NCBI GenBank assembly: GCA_020137815.1
Contig: CM035357.1
Coordinates: forward strand, 6,076,001 to 6,140,000
DNA: 64,000 nucleotides
Direction of reading: 5' to 3'
From: Hormiphora californensis
Taxonomy: Eukaryota; Animalia; Ctenophora
Position 1 is the stretch's first letter. Each line of letters opens with the position of its first letter. The notes under the pieces were generated by a model, which was given only the letters and a program-made list of their open reading frames with translations, ran no database searches and was not told the origin of the DNA. The position numbers were made by a program, and so were the translations under genes. Of the stretch, positions 45,540-58,900 are shown piece by piece.

Positions 45540-46193
45540 CACCTATTAAAGGTGTAAAGAAGACATTGTTACAGAAGGGGTTTGATAGGTGTGAAAGGGC
45601 CCTGATTTTGGCACATAAATATGTGTGTCAAGTGGGGTGACCGGGAAATAAAGTGGGGGGGTTGGGGAGGGGTAGTTAGTTAGTTGGGTGTTGTACTGGG
45701 GGTCTTTCACGAATCAATTAGGACCGAAGTTAGGACCGGTCCCAGCGTAGTTAGGACCAAAATTTGCAATGTGGCTTTCACGAACGGCCAAAGTTAGGAC
45801 CGTTTTTAGAGAGTTAGGACCGGTCCCAACTTTCGGTCCTAACTCCGGTCCCAGCTGTGTAATTCGACACTTTAATTGCGTGATGCCCCACGTGACTACC
45901 TTTCCCGCGGTCCTAACTATCAAAAAAGATCCCAACTCTCTAATTTGCGGTCCCAACCACTAGGATTTTGGTCCTAACTCTCCCTAGAGTTAGGACAGGT
46001 AAAAGCTGTCCTAACTCTCAGTTGGGACCAAAATGCGGTCCTAACTTTGATAGGTGAAGCCATAATGTGCATTCGAGCACCATGAGTATACACTTTTATG
46101 GGATCTCAGCCGCAGTTTTAATGAAAACAAGACAATTCCCAAGACAACCTCAAATTGCTTCAATCTTCATAAATAAACTATTTGTGAACTTCT

Positions 46194-46264
<71 letters not shown>

Positions 46265-47174
46265 AGAGAGCAGAAAAGAGAAAGAGGAGAGAGAATAGGA
46301 GCCTGAAGCTATGAGAGGAGAGCCGAGAGGAATGCAGGAAAGCGTGAAGCGCCGGCCCACGATAGAGTCTGTTTGACCAAACGAGGGGTGGATAAAGATA
46401 TGAGAACGGAAGGAAAGGGGAAGCTGAGAGCGATACGAGTGAGAAGGAGAGGTAGCGGGAAAGGGTGCCGAGGCATAGCAGAGAGGAGAGGAGAGGGGAG
46501 AGAGAAATGGAGGACTTGTAGTTGATACACCAACACCAACTTGACTGGAACCACCTGACCTTCTGTTGCGAATGCACTATCATGTAACGGTCAGTCCAGA
46601 ACATACATGGAATGTTGATCACGTGTTTGTTTTACCTATTGGTTTTCAACACTCACATGGGTCACGTGCGACTTTAGGACTACGTGAGTTACGGTCCTAA
46701 CTTCAGTTTCGTGAAAGCCAAAATAGAGAGCATTGGGGTAATTACCCTCCCCGCCTACCCCCAACTTCTGTTCGTGAAAGCCATTTCAAAAAAGTCCTAG
46801 TGCAATATTGGTCCCAAAAAAGTTAGGACCGAAGTGTTCGTGAAAGACCCCCTGGTATGGTAAGTATAATACATGAAAACTACAATACAAGGAGGGGAAT
46901 AGTTGGGTGAACATAATACATGAAAACTGGAAAGAGAGAGGGGACATGCTCTCACAGAAAATTAAACATCTAACCTCATCAGCGAATAGGGTAGAAGCAG
47001 CCCGTCCCACTTCTACATGGCCTATACGGGATGCAACAGGACAAAGAAAGAGAAAGATAAACCGGGTAGGTATGGGGACTTCTGTTATATCTCCAAGGAG
47101 GATTGAGTGAGTTAACCTGCGGAGGGAGGGTGCTTGTGAGCCGAATCTCAGAGAGAGAGGAAGAGAGAAGAGAA

Positions 47175-47206
<32 letters not shown>

Positions 47207-47302
47207 TATAAGGAGAGAGTGAGAGAGAGAACGTCTATATAGAGATGATAAGAGAGTGAGAGAGGATTGAGGGCCGGTAGACTTATTAAATAGATATATA
47301 TA

Positions 47303-47337
<35 letters not shown>

Positions 47338-50300
47338 ATATATAGATATATATCGAAATAGAAATATATATATATAAAAGAAGTTACATACTATTTTTTC
47401 ATGATTGGTTTTGTTATAATCAACACATTATTTTGTTGCTTACATCTCATTTAAAGACTTTTGTGTTAAAAGGCTGCTAGTTTGGCATACTCTGACTGTT
47501 TCGCTCGTTCTCGAGAGGCTATTGGTACTTATTTCTGGAGCAGCCCGGTAAATCGGAGTTCTGAGACCGCCTGTATATCATTAAAACACTACTACAGCTT
47601 GATGTGACACTAATTACAGGTGGTCGACTAAACAGGGGGTAGTTGTTGTTGTGCTATCTGAGGGCTAATTGTTTTGTGCCGGAAGTGTGGTAGATCGTGT
47701 GATCTAACTGTTCCATATATACCACCCCGTACAATTCTGTGTAATTTGCCTGAATACCATAATATTGTTTATCATATCTTTTGAATCCATTTGAGAATTA
47801 AATTTTTAGATGGAGGTGTCGGCCTGAAATTTACCTTCATCTTAAACACCCCTAGATGATATAAACAAGGAATAATTTAATTAGAAATAATTTACCTAAT
47901 TGTAACACAGATGGGTGTGTCCAGATACTCAACCTTTCCAATCATTACATTGCTGGCCTCTGTATCCGGGGGTAGTCGTCTCAAGAAATGCTGCTTCATC
48001 TGTAGATTGGGGGAGGATGTATTAGTTATTGTAGAGTTAAAGTTAACTGATATAGAGTGGAGGGAAGGTAGAATTGCTTTCTGTTAAGCCGGACAAAGCT
48101 TTAAAAGAACTGCGGTTAAAGACCTAACCACCAATTACTGGTTTAGAATTGTCTATCATCCTTTACTTTACTCAGTCTTTCTTTTGTTCATTCACTTTTG
48201 CCAACAGTTTGAGCCAGTTTGTTACTGTTTTCCCTGGCTGATTGAATGTCTGTATCATGGCATTAACCATTTATTCCTTATTTCGCATAATAACACGATT
48301 GTCTGTTGAATAGCGAACATATTTAAAACACGCCCTAGAATAAAATCATGGAAGACAATACTTCGCTTTGTCAAGGTACTTATAACTGTATTTTATAATT
48401 AATGTCATCCACCATGGAGAGATTGCTAACCACATTCAATCAATTGATAAAATATAGATGTTTCCCATTTCAGAGGTATCAAATATAACAACAATATCTC
48501 CCGATGGCTCGATACCAGCTCTTGATGTTCTACTCGCGGTGATATCCTTTGTACTAGGTTAGTTAAATTTTTAATTTGAACCGTACAAGATGGGTTGTGA
48601 TTCGATTCCATTTTCATGGCTTGTACACATGTTTTGAACTACATGTTTTATTACAGAACTAAATTACCACATTATTTTCTAGGTGTTTTTGGAACGGTCG
48701 CTAACTCCTACATTGCTTTTGTGATATCAAGCAGTCCTAAACCTATAGTAAGTTCACACTCTTTCTATCAAACCAATACACGTTGAGAAAGCTTGTTTCG
48801 ACCACTCAATAGCTGGTATTAATAAACGGGGATTCGCGGATTCGCGGATAATGTCCCGGATCGCGGATAAAATCGCGGATAATTAATCCCGGATTGGATC
48901 GCGGATCGCGGATAAGTAATCACGGATTGCGGATCGGGGATAAGTGATCGCGGATTGCGGATTGCGGATTGCGGATCGCGGATTGCGGATTGCGGATCGC
49001 GGATTGCGGGTCGCGGATTGCGGATCGCGGATAAGTAATCGCGGATTGCGGATCGCGGATTGCGGATCGCGGATCGCGGATAAGTAATCGCGGATTGCGG
49101 ATCGCGGATAAGTAATTGCGGATTGCGGATTGCGGATCGCGGATAAGTAATCGCGGATTGCGGATCGCGGATAAGTAATCGCGGATTGCGGATCGCGGAT
49201 TGCGGATCGCGGATAAGTAATCGCGGATTGCGGATCGCGGATAAGTAATCGCGGATTGCGGATCGCGGATAAGTAATCGCGGATTGCGGATTGCGGATCG
49301 CGGATAAGTAATCGCGGATTGCGGATCGCGGATAAGTAATCGCGGATTGCGGATAAGTAATCGCGGATCGCGGATAAAAAATCGCGGATAAAAAATCGCG
49401 GATAAAAAATCGTGGATAAAAAATTGCGGATAACAAATCGCGGATAACAAATCGCGGATAAAAAATCGCGGATAACGTTTTTATCTCTTTTTAGGCAACT
49501 TGTGGTCATTCTTAGGTGATTTTGATCGATTCCAGGTCATTTTGCTCATTTCTATGTCAATTTGGCCATTTCTGTACCATTTCTTGGCCACGTTGGTCAA
49601 TTCTAGTTCATTTCCAGGTCATTCCTGTATATAGTTCATTGTGCTAGACCATTTTCGTGTGGATTTGGATGGTTCTGGGACACTTTGGTCAATTACGAGT
49701 AATTTATGTGTATATTTGGATACTTTTAGGACTCTAATGTGACCGAAGTGTCCTAGAACCATCTAAATCCACACGAAAATGGTCTAGCACAATGCACTAT
49801 ATACAGGAATGACCTGGAAATGAACTAGAATTGACCAACGTGGCCAAGAAATGGTACAGAAATGGCCAAATTGACATAGAAATGAGCAAAATGACCTGGA
49901 ATCGATCAAAATCACCTGAGAATGACCACAAATTACCTAAAAAGAGATAAAAACGTTATCCGCGATTTGTTATCCGCAATTTTTTATCCACGATTTTTTA
50001 TCCGCGATTTTTTATCCGCGATTTTTTATCCGCGATTTTTTATCCGCGATCCGCAATCCGCGATTACTTATCCGCAATCCGCGATTACTTATCCGCGATT
50101 ACTTATCCGCGATCCGCAATCCGCTATTACTTATCCGCGATCCGCAATCCGCAATCCGCGATTACTTATCCGCGATCCGCAATCCGCGATTACTTATCCG
50201 CGATCCGCAATCCGCGATTACTTATCCGCGATCCGCAATCCGCGATCCGCAATCCGCGATTACTTATCCGCGATCCGCAATCCGCGATTACTTATCCGCG

Positions 50301-53300
50301 ATCCGCAATCCGCAATCCGCGATTACTTATCCGCGATCCGCAATCCGCGATTACTTATCCGCGATCCGCAATCCGCGATCCGCAATCCGCGATCCGCAAT
50401 CCGCGATTACTTATCCGCGATCCGCGATCCGCAATCCGCGATCCGCAATCCGCAATCCGCGATCCGCAATCCGCAATCCGCGATCACTTATCCCCGATCC
50501 GCAATCCGTGATTACTTATCCGCGATCCGCGATCCAATCCGGGATTAATTATCCGCGATTTTATCCGCGATCCGGGACATTATCCGCGAATCCGCGAATC
50601 CCCGTTTATTAAAGTGAGAGTGGACCGAATCAGAATTGGACAAATTTGTTGTAGGTAGTAGAGATTAGCTTTCTGAGCATTTTGCGTTTTTGCCGCTCAA
50701 AATCGACCCACCCATCACTGAGATATTTTTGTTATGTTGGGAGAATTCCTGCTGGATCAGTATTTATCAAACAGGATAGAAACAATCCTTGTGTTTTACT
50801 AACACATTCTTTAAATTCTTAATATTCTGGCTTCCATTGCCCTGCTTCTGTGCATGGACATGTCAACCTCACTGCTTATATTCATAATGTGTTAGTAAAA
50901 AACCACGATTGTTTCTATTCTGTTTTATACATACTGATTAAACAGGAGTTCTCCCAACATAACAAAAATATCTCAGTGATGAGTGGGTCGATTTTGAGCG
51001 GCAAAAACGCAAAATGCTCAGAAAGCTAATCTCTACTACCTACAACAAACTTGTCCAATTCTGATTCGGTCCACTCTCACTTTAATACCAGCTATAATAA
51101 CAGTAAATACATCGGTGAGCAGATCACTGGTGTGTTTACTGTGTGTGATCATGAGCCCCCTAACAATACTTTGTTACAGAAGCAGACGACATCTTTGTTC
51201 CTCAGTATGGCAATTACTGATGGTATAGGAGGGATCTGTAACATATACCTGGGCTGTATGATGTTACTGAAAACTACAACACCACCCGTTCCGGAGGTAA
51301 CAAGGACTAGAAATATCGAGTAGCCCCCAAGTTCTTATAATTCTGTCTCATAATACAGGTGTTTTGTTTTTCTTTGGTGAAAAATATTCATTATGTTATA
51401 GTGTGAAATAATTATGACGTCATCAAAACATTATGTAAATTCATGTTTTCAGGTGATTGCCTATGTGATGGGGATCCTGTTTAATACCATTGCCATGACA
51501 ACACCTCTCCTACAATGTCTTATCTCCACAGCCCGATTACTAGGTAACACACTTGTCAACTGTAAAATATTTCCTTTTATTTCCAAATTCGAAAGAGAAA
51601 ATATAGATTGTTGGAAAACTGAGATACCAAACTAAACGTTTTAAACCCTATATCTCCCACACCAGGAACGTTCTGTACAGCGATCTACAAACACCCCACC
51701 ACACAACGTGTCCTCTGTCTCCTACACTTCACCTCATGGACCGTCACCACACTCGTCAACATTTATCTGCCCATAAAGTTCCATTACGTCAACAAAAAAC
51801 CTTACCCGGACGTCTACTTAGGAGGCGAGTTTCGGGCTCTGTACTATGGCTACGTTTCAATTCTCGTTTATTCAATGATAACAATTCCTATGATGAGCAT
51901 AGCTGTAGCAATGAAGTTGGCCTACCTGAGGTGCTACCTAAACTTTGCTACTAAACGACAAGATAAACGACTCCGAGCAACTATCATGGTGCTGTTTTTT
52001 GCATTTTTCTACTTCATCTTCTACTTATACACGGCTATCTTCTACGCATTACCCCTTGTTCCTTATTGTAACTTTGTCAAACCTGCCTCCCTAACCCAGG
52101 GCATGTATTGGTTATCACAGAACAATCAGAGAGTTGTTTACTACCTTCACTGGTGGTTTTATTTCAGTATTTTCAGCTGCAGCTCCGTGAATTGTGTGGT
52201 TCATTTTGTGTGTAATAGCATGATAAAGAAACATTGGCGGACCAGGGTACTGGGACGGGTGTGGAGGAAGAAGGATAAGCGGTTAAATGTGGTTATACAG
52301 ATGGCACAGATGGATATAGATGATTGAACTGATGTTTTTACTCCGTTTTTATATTTTACGTTTAAATTCTTTGAATCTCTATTTTAATTTGGAAATGAGC
52401 GTTGAAGTGACCGTTGATTCAGCGTGTTGGTAAGTCTCTAGTTCCCTAGTCCAAATAGTAGTAGTGTAGTAGCAAATACAGTTGGACCCCGATTTAACGG
52501 CACCCTTGGGGGAAAGGGTTTTGTCCGTTAAATCGGGGTGTCCGCTAAATCGGGGTCAAATATTGTTAATTTTCTATATTGGGGGAAGATTATGCTGCCG
52601 TTAAATCGGGGTGCCGCTAAATCGGGGGCCGTTAAATCGGGGTCCGACTGTAGTAAAACAAAATGAACAATAAAATAAATAATGAAATTGGGGGGGGGGG
52701 GGGGGGTCCAGCCCTAAAAAAAGCTAAAGGTACCCTGATTTTGGTCGATTGCTTTTTTATGTTGGCTTTTTTTAGCTTTTTTTAGCTTTTTTTAGCCCTA
52801 CTTTTCAGCATTCATCTTGACACTTTTCCATTAAATTTTCATCCTTCCGGACGTCTATTGACTGCATTTGTTCATTTCCTGCACATTTTTTTACCATAAT
52901 CTACCGTTTATGTCCATACATAGCAATTTCTGTATCCACCCCTACTGCCATTTTCTGGAGACATTTTTTCGATAAAAATATTATTCAAATTTGATAAAAA
53001 TAGTTTTAAAAAAGTTCAAAAAACGTTATAAAACGTTATAATAAAAGTTTAAAAAATTTGGCGTCAGCGGGATTCGAACCTATATATATGAATCCACTAA
53101 AAACTCAATTTTAGCTTTTTTTTTAGCTTTTTTTAGCTTTTTTTAGCCTAAAAAAAGCTAAAAAAAAGCTAAAAAAAGCTAATAAAAGCTAAAAAAAGCT
53201 AAAAAAAGGCTGAAAAAAGCTAAAAAAAGCTAAAAAAAGCTAAAAAAGCTAAAAAAAGCTAAAGGTACCCTGATTTTGGCCGATAGCTTAGCTTTTTTTA

Positions 53301-53893
53301 GGGCTGGACCCCCCCCCCCCCGAAATTAAAATGATTCACATACCAGTTCCTGTTCAGAGTTGGTCCTGGAATGTTCCCGACTAGGGGATGGAGATATGTC
53401 AGGTGTGAGCCCCTCTTGTATCTTCGCCAATCCAACGCCTAGAGAAATAAGATATCATTGTGATAGATCCTTAGTGAAAGAAACAGCAGATAGTTTCCAA
53501 ATTGATATTTAATTGCTGGGCTGGGCTCTCTTGGAATAACGTCAACTTATCATTGTAAAGCACGTAGCTACGAACGAAATACGATCTCTAAGACTTTGAA
53601 ATTTCTAAAAGATTGAGAAGTGTATTAAACTCTCGCTGACAAAGCTGGGATACTCCCCGGATACTTATTCTAACACGTCTGTAATCAGACCAATACAGAG
53701 CTCTGCATGGGCAACTTACAAACCTAACTTAACTCACCGTTTTTAGCTTTGCTCCTCTTGTAACGTAATTTAAGGGGTGTATCATGTGTGTGCTCTCCAG
53801 TGTGGATATGCCGTTTGAGTAGAAGACCTCTGAGTTGTCCAGCAACTTCACTCGTTATGATGGCCCGTGAAACTAGTCTGTCCAGTGTCATCT
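45420..53893 (-). CDS. SLC4A: SLC4 cytoplasmic-domain exons on the opposite strand: 53893-53738, 53438-53344, 47999-47896, 47116-46975, 45494-45420
   Basis: EMTLDRLV...LLLKRHIH; FLRRLPPDTEASNVMIGKVEYL; RLTHSILLGDITEVPIPTRFIFLFL...EVGRAASTLFADE; FYQAAYSATSRAHLIQGIDRFLEK. All collinear with the Band 3 cytoplasmic domain, GT-AG, phases match. Confidence 0.88.
45699..46851. mobile_element. PIF/Harbinger-like non-autonomous element
   Basis: GGGGTCTTTCACGAA TIRs, CTG TSD, internal GTTAGGACC repeats. A GA-rich insertion lies inside. Confidence 0.7.
48348..52327 (+). CDS. Class A (rhodopsin-like) orphan GPCR, ~350 aa; exons 48348-48375, 48474-48557, 48683-48747, 51180-51296, 51453-51543, 51666-52327
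   Basis: Seven hydrophobic segments; N-terminal NxS/T sites; TM1 N, TM2 MAITD, TM3 ISTARL, TM4 W, TM5 P, TM7 SVNCVVH. Consistent splice phases. Confidence 0.82.
48823..50608. mobile_element. 1.8-kb foldback element with GCGGAT(C/T) tandem-repeat arms
   Basis: Near-perfect palindrome centred ~49715, TTAA on both sides. Confidence 0.85.
50613..51081. mobile_element. Kolobok-like MITE
   Basis: ~140-bp TIRs AGTGAGAGTGG...CCACTCTCACT with TTAA TSD. Confidence 0.8.
52479..52650. mobile_element. pogo-like MITE (ACGG motif variant)
   Basis: TA-CAGTTGGACCCCGATTTAACGG...CCGACTG-TA. Confidence 0.8.
52689..53321. mobile_element. Poly-G/poly-C terminated TIR element, AAAAAAGCT repeat variant
   Basis: G-run-TCCAGCCCTAAAAAAAGCT / AGCTTTTTTTAGGGCTGGA-C-run; GAAATT on both flanks. 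Confidence 0.7.
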
Positions 53894-55101
53894 CTGAGGG
53901 GGGGGGGGGGTGAAGGGGTAATGAGGTAAAGGGGTAATGAGGTAAAGGATTAATGAGGTAGACCCGTGAAACTAGTCGGTCAAGCGTCATCTCTGGGGAT
54001 GGGGGGGTGGTTGGTTGGTTGGTTGGTTTTGCTGTACCTCGCACTGCAAATCACTTTCGTGACGCCTGGCTCAAATGGTACCGTCGTATCCGTCTGTCGT
54101 CGGTGTCATTGTCTTGAGCATAGATCACTAATGTTTCAGGTCTGTCATTGTAGAGCTAGGACACTTCCCACTTTCCCGCACGAATATTGCAGTGTTGGCA
54201 GACGGCCGCACTCTTTGCGTTACCGGCACAACTCACTCTGCTCGATAGGTCCGGTGTTCAGTGCCTAACTAGAGAACAGATAGAATAGGAACAGAGCTAA
54301 ACAGAGTTTTAGGCAGACATTGCGTATAATTTAATGCAACAAGTTGATGAATGAATGACAGTTGAAACAGCGGGTAAATGAATTGGGATACAATTGTGGA
54401 CTGTGGAAATGAAAGACATTGATTTTTATACGGTTTGAGTGGTTGTGCAAGGTGATGAATTTTAAGTGAGCGTTGATCAGTGTGAGCGAGTATTGGTGAG
54501 CGGAATGTACGTGCATTAATACTACGACTTGTTGAGTGAGCGTTTTAGTATCGGGGCTTTATATTTGTGAACAACAAACAAGACAGACTGACTTACGTCC
54601 TTGATAGATGTGGTGGGTACCGTGGCGAGGATGGTAGGTGTGTCGCTGTGATGATGCCTTTGGTTGTCGAATTGGAAGTTAGATTATCGGTGGGAGTTTG
54701 ATCATTGTTATCTCAATAAATAGTTTTAGGTAGTTTTGGGTAGTTCTTAGTATGTATACTAACAGACACACCAGGGGGGGGCACAAACCACATCTCGTTA
54801 CTAATACAAGGTGACAAAAGCTTTGTCCCCTTGCTGTGGCAAAGGACTGAGGGGAGTTAATGTACCCCCTCGTGAAGGTCACGTGTTATTTTATCATGGT
54901 TAGGAGCTCTTGGCAACCGCTCTCATCAAACCAATCAGCTAGGATGCTAAACTGAAAACTGAACTGCAGTGTTATTACTTATTATGGCTCATTGCTCGAC
55001 CTTTTTCATTTTTGATTGATGGAACTTCGTGTATCCGGGGGAGGGGGATTAATAGACAAGGGAGAGTAGTCTGTTACGTGGGCTGATCTCCCGGTGCCTA
55101 C

Positions 55102-55267
55102 CAGATAGCAGCCGTGATCTCTCGCTCGGGCAATGGGCAGTTAGAAAAGAATGCTTGATGCCCGCAAATACTCCTTTTCCCCTATAACATTGCGATAGCA
55201 AACGTGCGCCTCAAGCATTCTTTTCTAACTGCCCATTACCCGAGCAAGAGATCACGCCTGCTATCTG
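55102..55267. repeat. Hairpin MITE, followed by (GA)n tracts and a direct duplication (55370-55455 / 55710-55793)
   Basis: Direct reading. Confidence 0.6.
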
Positions 55268-55281
55268 ATAGGCATTGAGAT

Positions 55282-55359
<78 letters not shown>

Positions 55360-55565
55360 GAGAGAAAGATGGAGAGAGTGGGTGACTGAGAGAGAGCAAA
55401 TCAATCCTTCGTAGCGTTATAACTGCCCATTACCCGAGCCAATATAAGTTATCACAAGAGAGAGATAGCTCAGGGTGACCGATAGAGCAAAAAGTATAAC
55501 TGCCCATTATAGCTGAGCTGTTGGTTATTGTATTGTGGAGTCAGAGGGTCAGAGGGTCAGAGGAG

Positions 55566-55659
<94 letters not shown>

Positions 55660-55963
55660 GGAGAAAGAGAGAGAGAGAGAGAGAGAGATATAGAGAGAGA
55701 GAAAGATGGAGAGAGTGGGTGACTGAGAGAGAGCAAATCAATCCTTCGTAGCGTTATAACTGCCCATTACCCGAGCCAATATAAGTTATCACAATATAGT
55801 AAGTTCAATAGTTGGATTGCCAGTTTTTGTTGCGATTGCATTCAGTCTCTTCTGTTTCACTGATACCAACAAGACTTATTCTATTCTCCTAACTTAGACC
55901 CGGGTTTATAATGAATATATAAATTTTAGTAGTATGTTCTAATTCATATTTTAATATTAGCAG

Positions 55964-58900
55964 AGATTAACTCAACACGGTAAGAGATTATCAAGCGATG
56001 GGGATGATAAGATTCCTAGTCTTCGCTGCTTCATTGTGGGGGACAGCTGTTCTCACAGGTTGGTTAGTTTCATGAATACTTGATACGAAGTTATCATGGG
56101 AGACGGACGCTAGGTCTAACGCCTAGGTCTCATCGGACTTTAAATATACAGTCGGACCCCGATTTAGTGGCATCCTCGGGGGAAAATAATCCTGCCACTA
56201 AATCGGGGTGCCACTAAATCGGGGTCAAATAATGTTAATTTCCTATATCGGGGGAAAAAAATCCTGCCACTAAATCGGGGTGCCACTAAATCGGGGGCCA
56301 CTAAATCGGGGTCTGACTGTAATACCTTTTTGATCAAAATACAGAGAGGACTCATGTGTACCAAGTCTAAAACAGAAGAACTCTATGTCAACTAAGTCTG
56401 GGGGGGGGGGGGGGGTTCAACCTAAAAATTTCGATTTCGATTTGCCAAAATCAGGGTATCGTTCGAAATTTGGGGGGGGGGGGTTCAACCTAAAAATTTC
56501 CATTTCCATTTGCCAAAATCCGGGTATCGATGGAAATTTTTAGAAATTTTTAGAAATTTTTAGAAGTTTTTAGAAATTTTTAGAAGTTTTTAGTACTAAA
56601 AATTTCCAAAAATTTCTAAAAATTTCCAAAAATTTCCATTAATTTCCAAAAATTTCTAAAAATTTCTAAAAATTTCCAAAAATTTCCATTGACCAAGAAA
56701 AGAAAAATTAACAAAAACTTGAAAATATATAAACACAGTTGTCGAAGAACTGGTTCCTTTTCCTTACCTCTTGTGACAACTGAGCATCAATAAGTTATTA
56801 TATGATTAGATGACTGGTTAAAATGGTCTATTACTTTTTAGTGCACGAGGCCGAAGGCCGAGTGCTCTAAATACAACATATAAAATGATTTAACAGAGAC
56901 CATGTACGAGGTCTACGTGGTCGGTGGTTATCAGATTGGAGGAGGGGTTGTCATGGAGGCACTTCTGCACCCAATCCAGTCAGCCCTCTTTACAATGTGC
57001 TTAGCATTCTATGCCTTAACTTATCATAACCCTCAACCCAAGGTATTCTACACAAACAAAACAAACAAACAAACAAACAAACAAACAAACAAACAAACAA
57101 ACAAACAAACAAACCAGGTACATAACTTGTGATATTTTCAATCCTTGCCAATGTCCCGAATGAAGGACCCCATAAATTCAGCTCCTCCCTTTCAGGACTT
57201 ATCTGGCTGTTTTCTATCAACAGGATTCGTGATGACCCTGATGTCCCTAGTGTCCTGTCAACCCCTCATCTTATCCTCTCCCTCCCTGGTACCCGCCCTC
57301 TGGGAGAGGGCCCTGTTTGATCTAGTGGAGGATGTGGACGTCTCCTTTTCCAGGGTCCGATCCATCACTGGTGAGATATAGAGGCTATTAGGGGGCCCGG
57401 CTATTATAAATGGCCGTTAGTGGTGCTCAGATTGGAGATCTGAGGTCAAAGTATGTCTCAAATACTGATACAGCCGGTAAAATAAACTGTTCTCGTGATG
57501 AAATTTCATAGATTGGGTACGTGTTTCTAAAGTATTGAAGTGTCAGTTCTGGAACGATATCAATAGCAGCCACTAATTAATTATTATTCCTCCTAGGTAT
57601 TAGTGGAGGAGTATTCATCTTGATATTCTCTCTCACCTCTATCCTCTCAATGTCCACCTATCTGACACCATTTGTATACGAGATCCTGCTCTGCTCCCTT
57701 CCTGTAACCATGGTAATCATGGTGATAATCTACCTGCCTCTCAACCTTCCCTCTCTCTTCTTCCTACTGGCTAGTTTGGTGTTCCTAGCCATCTGGAGGT
57801 CCATCTATAACAGCACGGCACTAACAAAGAAGGTGTGTTGTTATTATCTGCATAGAGACTGATTTCCAAAATTGTAAAAAACAATTATGTGTTGTTTCTT
57901 TATCTAAAACAAATTCATAGTTTTGTGACAAAATCCTTCCCATGATACCCATCTGTATCTTAAACACGCCCCCCCCCCCCCTAGGTTCGAGGGGTCCTGA
58001 GAGTCTGTAACGTGTCTCTACTGGCTGGTCTAGCAGCAATGTCTATATTCCTGATACCATCTCTCTCCCACCCTCCCTCTTTGTGGCCCTCAGGGGATAG
58101 TAATGATGTTGGGCCTGGTAACGTTACCATTTCTACCTTCCCGGTCAGCCTTACACCCGTTTTCATAGGACTAGCTACAGGTATTTTTACTGCAGGCCCC
58201 AATTGTTTCATCTATATCACCAAATGATTTGCATATTAATTTTGGTCTTTCGGGGGCTGAACCTTGAATTCTTCATACAGTCGGACCCCGATTTACTGGA
58301 CCCCGATTTACCGGGACGATAAAATTCCCCCAATCTAGGAAATTAACGGTAATTGACCCCGATTTACCGGTCAAAACCCTTTCCCCCGAGTATCCCGGTA
58401 AATCGGGGTCCGACTGTACTTTGTTTTTATTTGTGTAGCGCGGACACAGGCGACTCCAGCTGAACCTGTGATGTTATACCATTGGGTGTTAGTATGTATC
58501 TCTCAATTTACCTGGCTATCTCATCAGTATTAACGAATCTCTACCTCCCAGGTTTGGCATTTTCACTTGTTGTGGTACTACAGTTTGGAGTGGTATTCAA
58601 TTGGCTGATCCAACCTAAACACAAGATACGGAGAGCTCATGGGCGATATATGGATGCAGTGATGTTAGCCATTGCTCTTATTGTTTCAGGTGACAACTTA
58701 TAGGACACAGGATTATAGTAATGATATTTAGCGTGACAAATATCAAATAACAATGTGTCATAATCATGACATGTCATATACCATCCACAACTAGCTTGAT
58801 CCTATAAATTAGTCTACATAATAGGGTGGTGCTACAGGCACATCAAAACAACCCCCCCCCTCGACCTGTCCAGGTGTATTTAATTTCCCGTTCATGGCTG

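Noticed and set aside
48819-50548. Long ORFs of SAIRDPQ/YPRSAI repeats
   Set aside because: Translations of 6-7-bp tandem repeats in foldback arms.
53059-53081. tRNA gene
   Set aside because: Only a T-arm and 3' acceptor strand are present, inside a TE.
45420-53893. Independent second SLC4 paralog on the minus strand
   Set aside because: No N-terminal or membrane exons found on minus, and the exons fill the gap in the + gene without overlap. Less parsimonious, though not excluded.
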